Assembly (NCBI RefSeq): GCF_033153115.1
Contig: NW_026889765.1
Coordinates: forward strand, 14,942,001 to 15,006,000
DNA length: 64,000 nt
Direction: 5' to 3'
Source of the DNA: Saccostrea echinata
Lineage: Eukaryota
Shown here: positions 22,498 to 34,849 of the stretch, in pieces
How positions within the stretch are numbered: position 1 is the first letter of the stretch
Layout: every line of letters starts with the position of its first letter
The notes under the pieces: generated by a model
Told to the model about the DNA's origin: nothing
What the model saw: only the letters and a program-made list of their open reading frames with translations
Database searches by the model: none
Program-made: the position numbers and the translations under genes

Positions 22498-25400
22498 CCC
22501 AAAATGAATTCATAATTAGAACAAATGAGAAGTACCAAAATAAATTCTACAATTTAATGATTACAATCAGCAATTCTGCCATCATTTTCATGAAGAATCC
22601 ACTTTATTAATCGTTTTATTACGCATGTGTTAATTTTATTTTATACAAGTACTGCTCGTGCAGTTTTTGATTTTACGTTTGTGCATTTTATACCCCTTAA
22701 TCGTGTGAAAAATTTCGGATTCGTGTATTTTTCGTTATGTTTGTGTTAAAATCTTTCAAACTATGTACAATTTTTACCGATACGTGCATTTTCATTTTAC
22801 TCGTGTATATTTTTCATCATGCTCGTGTATAAAATCGCGATCGTTGTGCAGAAAATAATTTTGAAGCAATCGGCGTGCCATAGAAAACGCTAAAAACAGA
22901 ACTGAAGGTACAAAGTTGTTAAAAACATGCAATTGAAAATGACATTTTTACAAGATTTATACTGCTGACTAAATATATTGACTGGCTTTATAATTTGGCA
23001 ACTAATTATAATGTAAACCCGTTTTAAGTATTAGAACATGATAAAAAAATTATAAATCTGTTAAATAAAAGATTTTGATATATAACGCTTTTTTTCAGTG
23101 ACTAACCTCCCCTGAATATAAGGCTTCAGCAGGAACAATGAGTTCTGGGTATACATTGACAAGGAACCAATCAAAACTTCTACACTTTAGTCTTTCTCGT
23201 AGAGATTTTCGTGATGAGACGTCGCCATAGTCGCCCTTCAATATCAACATGAAACTTCCGGGTTTAATTCACATAATTTAAATTATGTTATTATTTAAAG
23301 TTAATAAACCCTCTGCTCACTCATATTAAATGTTGCTTTAAATCCTATGAATTTCCAAAATAAATGTTTTTTGTAAAGTAAAATACAAACAATTATAGCA
23401 GAGCTTGCGGGGCAAAATTGGACAAAAAAGGATGATTCAACTTGACAAATTTATAAAGGAATAGTAGACATGTATGTCATTAGGAGTTTTCTCTCTTCTC
23501 AGTGTATGAAGAACTTTAATATTTTCATGATTCAATGCTCAACATACTTATTATTTGTTTCTTGAAGCTTAAATTCAACAGTAAAAATATGGAATCAGCG
23601 TTCAACTTACAAGGGTGTAGTTAATATGTTGGTAAAAATATTCTTTAAATTCGTCAAGCCACACTTCCGCCATGCGCACATTATTGTTTCTCACAACATT
23701 GGCCTTTGACCCCCACGAGTATGGCGGAGACTTTCGGAAAACATGACCAATATGAGAACAGGGAGCTGTAAGAAGTGTCCCACCACACATCCAAATCTGA
23801 CACAAAAGTTATCTCAACAGTGATTTCGTGGTACGTTTACTCAGTTAACTACCCACTGTGTGAAATGTGAGGAAAACGAACAGTAAATGATGCTCAATTA
23901 AGTTTAATTAAACGATACAAATTGTGAGCAAAGCAAACATAGTGATGTCACCTTCCTTCAAAATAAAGTGATACGCTAGATTTAAGCATATCGTTTGTGG
24001 AGTAGATCAAAGAGATAACGTGCTTGAAATTTAAGAGACAAAATCGATCATATAATTTAAGTTTATCATCTTCAAAAAGTTTGCAATATTAAATGAACGT
24101 CAGTTCTAATATCCTTTTCTTGTCCCTACAAGCTACTTATGTTTTATCAATACAAATACCCTGAATGAGATTTCTAGGTTCTCTCCTCCCCAGATGTCCA
24201 TGCCTTCATCATAGGTTCCGAGGTACTCAAAGTATTTTCTGCTGATGGCGAATAGTCCCCCTGCCATTGTAGGTGACCTAGAGTATTGGAGAAGAAGTCT
24301 GATGACCAAAATCAACAAACTCCCATGGATCAGAGAGAGTTAACTGAAGGTACTTCGGTGCTTTAGACATAAATAGTCTGACCGGAGAAAGAAAACAAAA
24401 GGCCCATGAACGACCACTTAAGGATCATGAGGAGTAAAGAAGGTTTTCAAACATGTAATGTACTTGTACTTTCAATATGTGGCAAACCACCCAGAGATCT
24501 GAACGCTGTGGCCATGAATCATGAATTTTACAATTTTGGTAAAGGGGTAAGTACTCATTGTAATCATGAGAATAGTTTACTTAATATTTGGGTAAAAAGA
24601 GCTTCAAAGGTGCAATATATCACAAACTTGATGCAATGGGCCAAGGGGTCATGAATTTCAAATCTGAAGAAGGTTTAGAACTTATTCAAATCATGGAAAC
24701 AGTTTGCCTGCTCTATGACCATGAGTAGAAAAGAAGAATTTTTAAAGTCGTAATTCTGTATTTTCAGGTCGATCTCAAAAAACCAACAAACAATACAAAT
24801 CTGTGAACGGGGCATAAAACACGGAACCCTGGTGGGATCAGGTGCCTAGGAGGAGTAAGCATCCCTTGTCGACCTGTCACATCTGCCGTGAGTCCTATGT
24901 GTTGATCAAGTAGACGGAATAATCCGTAGTAAAATTTAATATAAACAAGATACACAGGGGCCACAACGCTCACCTGAGTAACAATGGCCCCTCTGTTCTT
25001 CATCAGCAGATTTTTTCCCTTCAATTTCTTATGTAAAACTTTGTTCACTTTTTATGGCCCCATCCTAACCGAGGGGTCATGATTTGAACAAACTCGAATC
25101 TATACTACCTGAGGATGCTTCCTTATAAATATGACTAATCATGGCTCTGCTGTTCCTGGGGAAAAGATTTTTAAAGACTCCTCCTATATATTCCCATGTT
25201 TAACTTTTTTCTGCCCCACCCTACACATGATTTTGAACAAACTTTAACCTACATGTACACTACCTGAGGATGATTTCATAAAAATGATTGATCATTAGAT
25301 CATCTCCGGAAATAAAGAATACTGTATTATTTTTGATGGATTTTGACTCATTCCTCAGGTCCCAAGGTATAGAGACACCATGAAAATAACAAACTTCGTT

Positions 25401-27833
25401 CCCATCTTCCCATTGATGCAATATACCGACAAAATCCCACACATTATACTTCACCTGACTGGCAGATGGTGCTGATATTTTCGACGTTTTTTCTCAGATT
25501 CAGGAATTCCATGCCATGTAAAAGACAGTGACCAATCAAATCCACCGACACTAGTCGTCTCAGCAGGTAGAAAGGAGTACTGAAATGTATCGCTATCTAT
25601 GACGTCAATAACAGGGGTCATGACTGTAGTCCAGTTCTTGGCTATTGGGTCTATCAGGGGTTCTACCCACCCTGTTAAATATTGACAGTATGAAACATTG
25701 ATAAATCTTTCGTGTCTTTTGGCATCTAGTAGCGAACATTTACGGAGAAAGCCAGAAGTCTCTAATGAGACTACCTCTACTGGTTAGAATTCACGATCGT
25801 TATTCACTTGCACATATTCTTATATCACTTCTTTTTGTGTTTTACATTAAATGAGTTATGTATTCTAATAGTTTCTAAACTTAAACTTACACGTATTAAG
25901 TAGATTAGCATTTTGAGAGAATTTGACATTTACATTCTATTTCAGTAACCGTTGCAATACCATCAAAATCAATTACTTAATACACTCTTCTCTTCCTAAT
26001 GATTTTATTTAAAGGACGAGTAGCTTTTTTATGCTTTTCAAATAATCCTATTTTAGTAGCCATGGCATTCATCGAATTCAAAAAGCAGTCATGAAGGCAC
26101 CTTGATATAGTCTATTGGCTTACAATGTTTTATTGAAATTAGACTAAAAAGTAGTAGAACAAAAAGGTATTCTCTTATAAGTAACCAAGGCAACAGAATT
26201 ATTCAGAATTAAAAGCACATAATTATAACAATTTATATATCTTGGTGTAGTCTATTTAAAATAAAATCGAACCACAGCTTTAGGAGAAGTACAAAGAATT
26301 CATAACATTAGCCATGTACAATGTATCTCAACATCTTTTGTTGATATAAATCAAACAAAAACAATAGCAGGAGGATTTGCATTTTGAAAAATTGTTTACG
26401 GACGAAGAAATGAACATACCTAATTAATACATAAGCTCTTTTGGCCTACGATCAATAGAGTTAAAAAAAAGTGTTTACCTTCTGTGCATTCGATGTGAGA
26501 ATCAAGAAATACGACAATTTCTCCAACTGCTGCTTTATAACCTAAGATACGCCCTCGTGTTAATCCCTGTCGCCTAGGGGCTCGAATTAATTTAACTTTC
26601 TTAAATCTAATCAGAAACTCTTCTAATGGACCCTTAAGATGCTCTATCAAATAAAGAAGCCAAAAAATTAATATGAATACATGTAAGCATTTAGATTATC
26701 TTTGATGGGCTTGAAAGAAAACCCTTTATCCTGGAATTTCATTACTATTTCTTTACTCACCCATAGTTGAAAAATCGTCTACAAGGATAACCTCTTTTAA
26801 TAGAGAAGGGGGTGTTCTATTTAGTATGCTGTAGATACTGCGTAGGAGGACACTCCAAGCCTCGTTATGAAATGTAATCACCACGCTGACTTCCGGTAAA
26901 TTATTACTGTATTTGACTGTGAGGCATCTAAAACCATTAAGACCTTAGCTGGTTTATTTTTTGTCTTGTTTGAGGTTATAGTGATTTTTTTTTATATGTT
27001 CAAGATGTCAAGGTTATCTTTCATTCAGACTTTGTATAACATTTCAGCACTTCAAGGTGTGCTAACAAAAGAGAAACAGAAGTTGTTGAAAAATGTTTTG
27101 TAATATATTCGTTCTCTTAAAGTTATCATCATTGGTTGTCTGAGAGAACTTCTAGACAAGGAAGTTTGCTACAAGAAAGGGCTATCCAATGCATTTACGA
27201 ACTTGTAGAAATTTCCGTGTTTTTAGAATTGCTTTAAAACAAAGATACAATGATCGTAACATACTCACTGTTTGTCTCTGTAATCCAGTAGTGTTCGCTG
27301 TACGGATATTTTGTTGCTTACAAACTCATTGAAATTATTTATTCTCCAACCCTCTTCAAACTCCAACTTTTCTTCTGGCGTTAACAGTGATTTATTTACT
27401 TTAAAAGGTTTACCCAATTCTCCTGTTGCAAGAAGAATTAAATTATCATCATATTTAATAGAGAGGAGGAGTTCCAAATAGCTTTTGAAAAATACTGTAT
27501 TGCTAAAGAAAAAAAATTATTGTATTAATGTTCATTTCTGAATAGTGTACCTGGACCATTTGTATCCATAACAGCTTTATATCTGGGCTCAGAATCATCT
27601 AAATTATCGTCAGTCACTATCCTGCTCCCTCGTCGCTGCTGCCCATGAATTAAAACATGTTGATCACTTGAGAAATTACGTCCAACCAGTCTTTCACTGA
27701 AAATGTCAACTTCCTTCGGAAAATTTGAATTTTGTATTGGAGACGGCAGATAAAAGAATTTAGTTACAAATAAAGTAACCGTTGAAATGATAATTCCCCT
27801 CTTCAAATATCTTTTTATGTAGCGGTAGTTCAT
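10445..27833 (-). CDS. GALNT: Polypeptide N-acetylgalactosaminyltransferase, paralog A (~602 aa; resembles the gly-5/pgant9 group)
   Basis: 11 exons: 27551-27833, 27269-27422, 26761-26927, 26479-26643, 25455-25671, 24160-24277, 23611-23796, 23107-23235, 16560-16664, 15989-16117, 10445-10600 (1809 nt, phases consistent). Type II TM anchor, [15 protein letters not shown] (DxH), [17 protein letters not shown], three ricin-B lectin subdomains. Confidence 0.95.
11536..11850 (+). pseudogene. Mariner transposase N-terminal fragment (frameshifted)
   Basis: ORF 11536-11739 resembles the mariner HTH region and continues after a frameshift. Confidence 0.8.
11927..12805 (+). repeat. 47-bp tandem array (~19 units), left arm
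   Basis: Unit TTGTCCAAGACAGAGCTTCTGGTAAAGTCAGCGGCATTGAGCGGCAT. Confidence 0.97.
13640..14150 (+). repeat. 36-bp tandem array (~14 units)
   Basis: Unit ATAAGGTCACTACATGAAGAATGCTGCTTATTCCGT. Confidence 0.95.
14158..15329 (-). repeat. 47-bp tandem array (~25 units), right arm, inverted
   Basis: Reverse complement of the 11927-12805 unit (ATGCCGCTCAATGCCGCTGACTTTACCAGAAGCTCTGTCTTGGACAA). Confidence 0.97.
16098..16211. repeat. 57-bp tandem duplication spanning the exon 10 splice acceptor of GALNT-A
   Basis: TTTCGCGTGTATAACCAGTACTGTGT..ATCCCAG(A/C)CCAGTCAG occurs twice, 57 bp apart. Confidence 0.9.
16766..22883. mobile_element. 6.1-kb CTATGG-ended element with TIRs and subterminal ~21-bp repeats, in GALNT-A intron 8
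   Basis: ~38-bp TIR CTATGGCACGCCGATTG(T/C)TTCAAAATTATTTTCTGCAC; AAAA TSD on both sides; AAAAATTACACGAG-like repeats at 16810-16975 and inverted at ~22600-22845. Confidence 0.88.
18115..18401 (-). mobile_element. Deu/Nin-domain tRNA SINE
   Basis: Reverse complement of the 5918 family; TSD TGGCATGAATG (18104-18114 / 18402-18412). Confidence 0.9.
24390..25440 (-). mobile_element. HINE-like fragments plus a Naiad/Penelope 3' fragment (~24770-24940) in GALNT-A intron 5
   Basis: AACAAGA..GGGGCCACAACGCTCACCTGAG terminus at ~24945. GGTGGGATCAGGTGCCTAGGAGGAGTAAGCATCCC is the reverse complement of the Naiad 3' end seen at ~63130. Confidence 0.65.
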
Positions 27834-30083
27834 AGTTTGGATTAAAGCCAGTATAAAATCTCTCGTCTTGATTCAAATAGATCCACACGTTGGCATTGAA
27901 ACAGATGTCACAATAAAGTATCAAATTACATCTTAAGTTTGGTCAGATGAAGTTTTACAAAGGATGTACCTGATTAAAACGTCCCAAACTCTTGTACATG
28001 TATCTATGAGTAGATAGCTTAAAAAGTATTATTAAGAAGAAAAAAAGAAAATATTTTTAAAAATTCAATGACTTCAGGCCACAATTTCTTTTTTACAATG
28101 GTCAGCTTTATAAACAATGTAATCGATGAAAGTATGTGCTAAACAACGCAGAAGAGACAAGGCGGCAGCTGATAGCATAATCTCTGTTACCTTATAAAGA
28201 CAATTCATCAATATACAACACTTTGTAAAAGAGGGTAAGCTGTTCTGAGGAAGTCAACCAGTATTTATCAACAGATAATATCTGACAAGGTGTTTTGTTC
28301 TGGATAAAGGTCTTTGTAACCACTACTAGCTGTTATTATGCAATGTAGATTTGTAATAAATACAGGTAAATGTATTTGCAAAACTATTATTATTAAAAAA
28401 AAGTGCCTGAACTATAGACACCCTTATCCATATACAAAAAAATTGTCTTACAAGTCTTTCAATGTCAAATATCTACAGTGGACAGAAATAATACAAGTAG
28501 ATTCATTACCCATATAAATGTTTTGTATATATGCAACTAATGCTGTTTTTTTGATTCCGGAAGTCGACATGGTGGCGATGGCCGAATAATTTCTCGGCTC
28601 CGCCGACTAAGTGGATTAACAGTCGATAAATTCGGCTTTCTGACTAGAAAAAGTTGCACAACTTTCTCTTTGTGAACTGGACCATCTTTCTTGCAACTTT
28701 TTTCTTGTCAGAAAACTGATGTACATATTGAACCGACAGAAGTAGTTGCCATACATCGAATACCCGGTCAGAAAAAACAACCGAAACCGATCTTGATAAA
28801 AATGAGTACAGCCGAGGCAAAATCCAAAATCATGCGAAAGCGATCCGAAGTGAAAGACGAAGAAAAGGGGTGGCGGATCGCGGATAATGTAACCAGAGAA
28901 AATACAGCACTGATTGCTAAGCTGAATGAGCACCACAAAATTTCCGCCACATGGTATTTTAATGGTTTCGTTTATGGGCAGTGCGGAAAGAAAAGAATGA
29001 AATTTGAAAAAATAGTTTTGCGTGGACTCGGTTTCACAGTTGGTGACATGATGAACTTTCCGGTTGTGAAGGACACAGCTCAGGTGAGGAAAAGAACTAC
29101 CTGCAATTGTTTATTGAAATAAAACGTTAAAACCACTTAGTGGTGGGCTAGCAGTGGACAAGGAATTTATCAAAGTTTTCTTTTTTTTCTTTTTTGTATG
29201 TGGATATGTGCTTTGTGTGTGTGTTGATATGTGTCGTTTTCTTTTTGTTTGCATGTATTTGTTGCGACTGGAAGGTTATATTTATACTCATGTATCATCA
29301 GATCATTGTCCCTTTTCTCACCAGATTTTTTCTCTCTTCTGCATTAAACAATGAGCATTAAGATGATGTCCCTCAATTGCAGATGGTTAGGTTCTATGGA
29401 GAAAAGAAGAGATGTATTGAACTTCCTTACACAAAAGCAATATTCAATTTATTTCGTACAAGATACAGATTTTACTGTAAAAGATTATGAACAAATTAGA
29501 GCTTTTTGGGAATTCAACGTTTATTTTTCTCCTGGAAAATCTGATGCCAGAGGCACAGCAATACTCCTAAATAATAATTTTGAACATAATGTTAAAAGTG
29601 AATTGAGAGATAAGAGGAGAGAAACTATATTATACTTGAAATTAATGTGTGTAACAAATATGATTTTTTACTTATTAACATATATGGTCCAAACAAGGAC
29701 TTTCAAGATTTTTTTCAGTCTATTTCTGACATCATTTCAAATTTTGATGGAGAATTTGTTATCACTGCTGGTGACTTTAATCTTGTTCAGGATCCAAATC
29801 AAGACTACTACAATTATAATCAAGTTAACAATAAAAAAATCTAGAGATGTTGTTTTAAACATAAAGGAAGCAAACAATCTTATACAGATCCCTGGAGGGT
29901 GAAATACGAGACACTCCGAAGGTATACATGGTTCAAAAATAATCCAATAAAAAAAGCCAGACTAGATTTTTTCTTAATATCAAATGAATTAATGCCTTTT
30001 GTAGAAAAACCATTCTATGACCATTCTATTGTTGAGCTGTTTATATCTTTTTCAAATTTTGTAAAAGGAAAAGGATTTTGGAA

Positions 30084-30988
30084 AGAGCCATAGCGCATTT
30101 GATAGGCATTTTCGCCTACTCTACTAGTGATTTCTTAAATACATTTTTTAACCAAAATTTTGTCATACAGTCTTAGTTTATACATGTGTAAAACCAAATC
30201 ACACAATAATGATATTTAAATGTTAATAGTTCCCTCATATGATAAATTTGAAAATTATCCAGTTTGTATAGAATATATAGTAAATATTGAGGTATCCACC
30301 TAACGATGACAAACTGTTGTCAAAGACCACCCTTAACCAGAAAAACAACTTTTGAATAATTTTATTTGGATATGTCTGCACTTCATTCCCTTTAGATAAT
30401 TTTGGTTAAAGGTGGTCTTCATATTGAAAATGATGAAAATATATATTAAATTTTTCTTCTCATATAATCGTAAGATTTAGTAATCTGTCTTAAATTTATC
30501 AACTTGTCATCATGGACTTCGTTGGCGCAGCGGTATGATTGCTGGAATGTAAATATGGTGATCGCGAGTTCGAGCCCCACATTTTTCCATGTTTTTTTTT
30601 TATTATTATTTTTTCTTTGTGTATCTTTTCTACGTTTTTCTTTATATGTTTTACAACATACACAATTTCAGAAAGATATAATATACACATTACACTTTGA
30701 AAGTATCTCGGGAAAAGACAGTCCTTATATAACTTTTATTAAAGTTTGCAAATTCATAGCAACTTGTTTTATTTTTATTGATTTTCTGCGTAAATCTTTT
30801 GTCTCAGAATTAGAGTATTGAACAAGTAAAATGATTTTCATTTGACATACTTGCAACACTCGTCCTCAAATCATATTAGATAGTTTGCTCATGAATTGAA
30901 AAGGTACAGTATATCTATAAATAGAAACAGGTGATTTCCTTTTAAATTCTTGAGTCGGCCGTGTCGTCGGTAAGGCAGCTATGGCTCT
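30084..30988. mobile_element. Kolobok-like non-autonomous DNA transposon inserted in LINE ORF2
   Basis: TIR AGAGCCATAGC/GCTATGGCTCT, TTAA on the right flank only; splits the conserved GFWK(F)NxSLL motif. Confidence 0.7.
30514..30586 (+). ncRNA. tRNA-like Pol III promoter unit (not a functional tRNA)
   Basis: A box TGGCGCAGCGG (30523-30533), B box GAGTTCGAGCC (30566-30576), T5 tract at 30582-30586; acceptor stem does not pair well. Confidence 0.5.
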
Positions 30989-33900
30989 TTAAAAATTCCT
31001 TGCTTACAGATAAGAAATATATTGAGCTTGTAAAGGACATAATTATTATACTTAAAAAACAATATATGGCTTCTCCTTACAATCCTATTGCTATATATTA
31101 ATGATATGGAAAATGAAATTATTTCTTTCCAAATTGACGACCAACAATTTTTTGAGCAATTACTTTTAAGCATAAGAGGGGCTACAATTAGTTATTGTAG
31201 CAGAAAGAAAAAAGAAAAAGAAAATAAAGTCAAAAAATTAGAAGAAGAAATATCTCAATTAGAAAGTAATAGAAATACTGATAATTCACCTGAAATTATA
31301 GAAAAGTTGGAACATTCAAAAAGAAAATTGAAAGATATACGAAAAGAATACATTAAAGGTCTGTTTGTGAGAACAAAAGTTAAGTGGATAGAAGAAGGGG
31401 AAAAGCCGACAAAGTATTTTTTAAGTTTGGAAAAAAGAAATTTTATAAACAAAACAGTATAACCAAACTAGTTCAAGATAGTGGTAATATAATAACAGAA
31501 CAACATGTATTTTATAAAAATCTATATGCATGTTGTGATGATAAACTAAATGATATTGACTTGAAAAGCATTTTAAATGTGGAATATGTTAAAATATTAA
31601 ATAAAGAAACATGGTATCAGTTAGAAGGTGTAATAACCAAAGCCGAAGCTTTAACAGCATTGAAAAACATGAAAAATGACAAAAGCCTAGGAAGTGATGG
31701 ATTTACAGCTGAGTTTTACAAAATTTTTTTGGGAAGATATTGGACAGTTCCTTATTAGATCAATTAACTATGGATTTCAAAAGGAAGAATTAATATCTAC
31801 CACTCAGAATCAAGGAATTATATCAATTTTACCAACAGGAGAAAAATCGAGAGAATTTTTAAAAAATTGGCGACCAATATCATTGCTTAATGTTTCATAC
31901 AAAATTGCTTCTGCATTGTTATTATTATTATTATTATGGTGTATTAGATTATCTTATACATGACAATCAAAAAGGTTTTCTTAAGAATAGATTTATTGGT
32001 GAAAATACACGCATAATTTAAGACATAATTCACAGTGCAAAGACAAGAAATATACCAGGAATTATTTTACTTATTGATTTTGAGAAGGCTTTTGACTCAG
32101 TGTCATGGAAACTTATGTACAAAACACTGCAGTTTTTTTAACTTTGGACCTGATCTTATTAGATGGATACATGTATTATTTAATCAAACTCAACTATGTG
32201 TAATCCAAAATGGTATATTTTCATCATTTTTCAAAATAGGGAGGGGTTGTCGCCAAGGAGATCCTGTCTCTCCATATATATTTAACCTGTGTGTAGAGAT
32301 TATGGGATACATGATTAGACAAAATAAAAATATAAAGGGAATAAAAATAGGTGAGGAAAAAATATGTTTACTTCAATATGCAGATGACACAGTAATGTTT
32401 TTAGATGGTTCAGAAAAAAGCCTAAAAAGTGCTTTAGATCTTTTTCAATTTTCAAAATTTTCAGAACTTAAACCAAATATTACTAAAACAAAAGCTATAT
32501 GGATAGGTTCTAAAATAAATTCAAGAAACACATTATGTAATGAAATAGGACTTCAGTGGACAGTGGAACCATTTACAGTCCTCGGCATTACATACACTGC
32601 TGATCTAAAAAATATGGAACAGTTAAACTTTGAGAAATGTTTTCAAAACATTAAAAAGGAAACAATATCATGGTCAAAAAGAAATATATCTCCATTAGGG
32701 AAAGTTACAGTAATAAAGAGTTTATTTTTATCAAAACTTACACATTTGTTTACTGTTCTCCCAAAGCCAAACAAAAAGTGGATTAAAGATTTGGAAAAAC
32801 ATTTTTTATAAATTTATATGGAACAATAAAACAGAAAAAATCTCAAGAAAAACAATGCAACTTTCCAAAGAGAATGGTGGTCTTAAAATGACCAATTATT
32901 GACTGTTTTATTAAATCTTTAAAATTAACTTGGATCAGAAGATTACTATTTACAAAGTCTAGTTGGATCCCACTGTTCACTGAAATAACAAAATGTAATA
33001 TTGTAAACCTGTCCCATTTTGGGCCAGAATATTCAATAGCTAAAGAATACACAAAATAGCTTTTGGAAAGAAGTACTGTATGTATTTTCAGAATTCTTAA
33101 ATCTTATAACATGTAACTCGAACCAAGGAGATATTTTGTTGGAACCTCTGTGGAAATTAATTCATAAAAAATATTATTCAATAACAAAAGACACAAGGCT
33201 TTTATGGTTTAATTTAAGAATCATACATAGGATTCTTGGTACAAATAAGTATTTGTTTTTGTCAAAAATGAGAGAAAATAAAATATGTTCTTTATGTCAG
33301 CAAAATGTTGAATCAATTGTACATATTTTCTTTTATTGTCCTAAAGTTAACCCATTGTGGTCTCTTTTAGAAGATTGGATATTTGAAAAAACTGGAAAAA
33401 TAATAAAATTTGATGTACGCACAGTTATACTTGGTTCTTCTAAAGAAGACACATTTATTAATCTTATATTGCTACTTATTAAACAGTACATTTTTCAACA
33501 ATCAAGAAAAAACCAAAATATAAATATCCAAAATATCATTAAATACTTATATGTGTATTATAAATTTGAAGAAAAATTGTATAAATTTAACAATGAACTT
33601 CATATGTATAAAAGAAGATGGATTAACTGGAACCAGATATTTGAAAACATAAACATATGGATAAATTTATGTCATCTACATTATTATTTTAGTATATCTT
33701 GTGTATTCATTTTTTTTTTTTTATTTCATGTTTATTCCTAAAAATTTGTATGTAAGCTTTCCATCCGTAGTGTGTCTGTGTTTGTGTATGTATGTTTGTT
33801 TATGTCTAAAGTCAATAAATAAATAAATAAATAAAAACTAATGCTGTTTTGCCCCCCCCCCCCCTTTCCAAACACCAGGGTTGTTCAACTCATTTTTCAT

Positions 33901-34849
33901 GATTATTCTTTTGACATAAATTTAAAGAGTTCAATTGGAATGCTAAAAAATGAAACAAACCTTAGACTGGAAGAAAAGGTAGCCACATGCTGTGATTTGA
34001 TACATCTTAAACCTGTGACTAATTGATACCTTATTCTTGTTTTGCATTAGTACATGTAACCCACAACAAAACAGAAGTGTAAATTTCGGGGTGTTCGAAC
34101 AAGGTATGGAAGGTTTTCCTGATGAAGTATTTTCCTGACAAGGAAAATCAAAGACGGGTCAATAGGAAACAAAGATTACTGTCAAGAATATCTAGGCCAC
34201 TTATATTGTACGAAGTGACCTGATAACAGTCGAAAAATTGGGAAAAAACAAACAAGAAACATCTTAGAAAATGGTTCCTACATCCATAAGATTGTTAAGC
34301 AGAAGTAACCACCTTTAACATCAATAGTTGAAGAATTTAAATCGGGCAATGTACTGTCTGTTATGAATTTGGAATATTCTGGAATAGATAGAATAGCAAA
34401 AGCAGCAGGATTAGAAGCAAGAACGGGTCAAAAGTGGTCAGACTCCAAAACTGTTTCAGAAGCAAAGAGTAAACTAAAGTATAAAAACGTAGTTGGAACA
34501 GTGTCAATAGAAAGGCAAGGTCTTTAAACATCAATGAGCTGCTACTGGAAAAATCCTGACACTCGAAAGAGAGGAAGCCGGGGTTCAAGGCGACATAAAA
34601 AAGAGAAAAGAATTAGAAAAAAAAGATGTGCAGGCAATTGAGTAAGATAGCTATGGTGCATGGTTAAGATGGGAATTGGAGCATGAATCCCTTACATGGC
34701 CAGAAGAAATCCAATTTCTTATTACAATTCCTCCTGAGATCGGTTTATGATGAGTTACCAACACCATCAGATCTGCACGCACAGGTGGAGCCTATCAGAA
34801 ACAGACTGCCCCTTATGTAGAAACAGAGGAATGCTACAATACATTCAAA

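Larger units (their letters stand above)
29351..33741 (+). pseudogene. LINE ORF2 (endonuclease-reverse transcriptase), broken
   Basis: Fragments at 29351, 29647, 29899, 31088, 31384, 31694, 32035 and 33136 lie in shifting frames; interrupted by the insertion at 30084-30988. Confidence 0.93.
28550..33835 (+). mobile_element. L1/Tx1-clade LINE, near full length but inactivated
   Basis: 15-bp TSD AACTAATGCTGTTTT (28535-28549 / 33836-33850); (TAAA)n tail; ORF1 C-terminal remnant (HRIPG..PKPILIK..IADNVT); ORF2 with APE (SLNCR, NIYGPN, GDFN, ARLDFFL), RT (KNWRPISLLN, GCRQGDP, YADD) and C-terminal zinc knuckle (CSLC..HIFFYC). Multiple frameshifts. Confidence 0.95.

Noticed and set aside
23602-27833. 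GALNT-A as a truncated gene lacking the lectin domain
   Set aside because: The remaining exons were found at 23107-23235, 16560-16664, 15989-16117 and 10445-10600 beyond large TE-filled introns.
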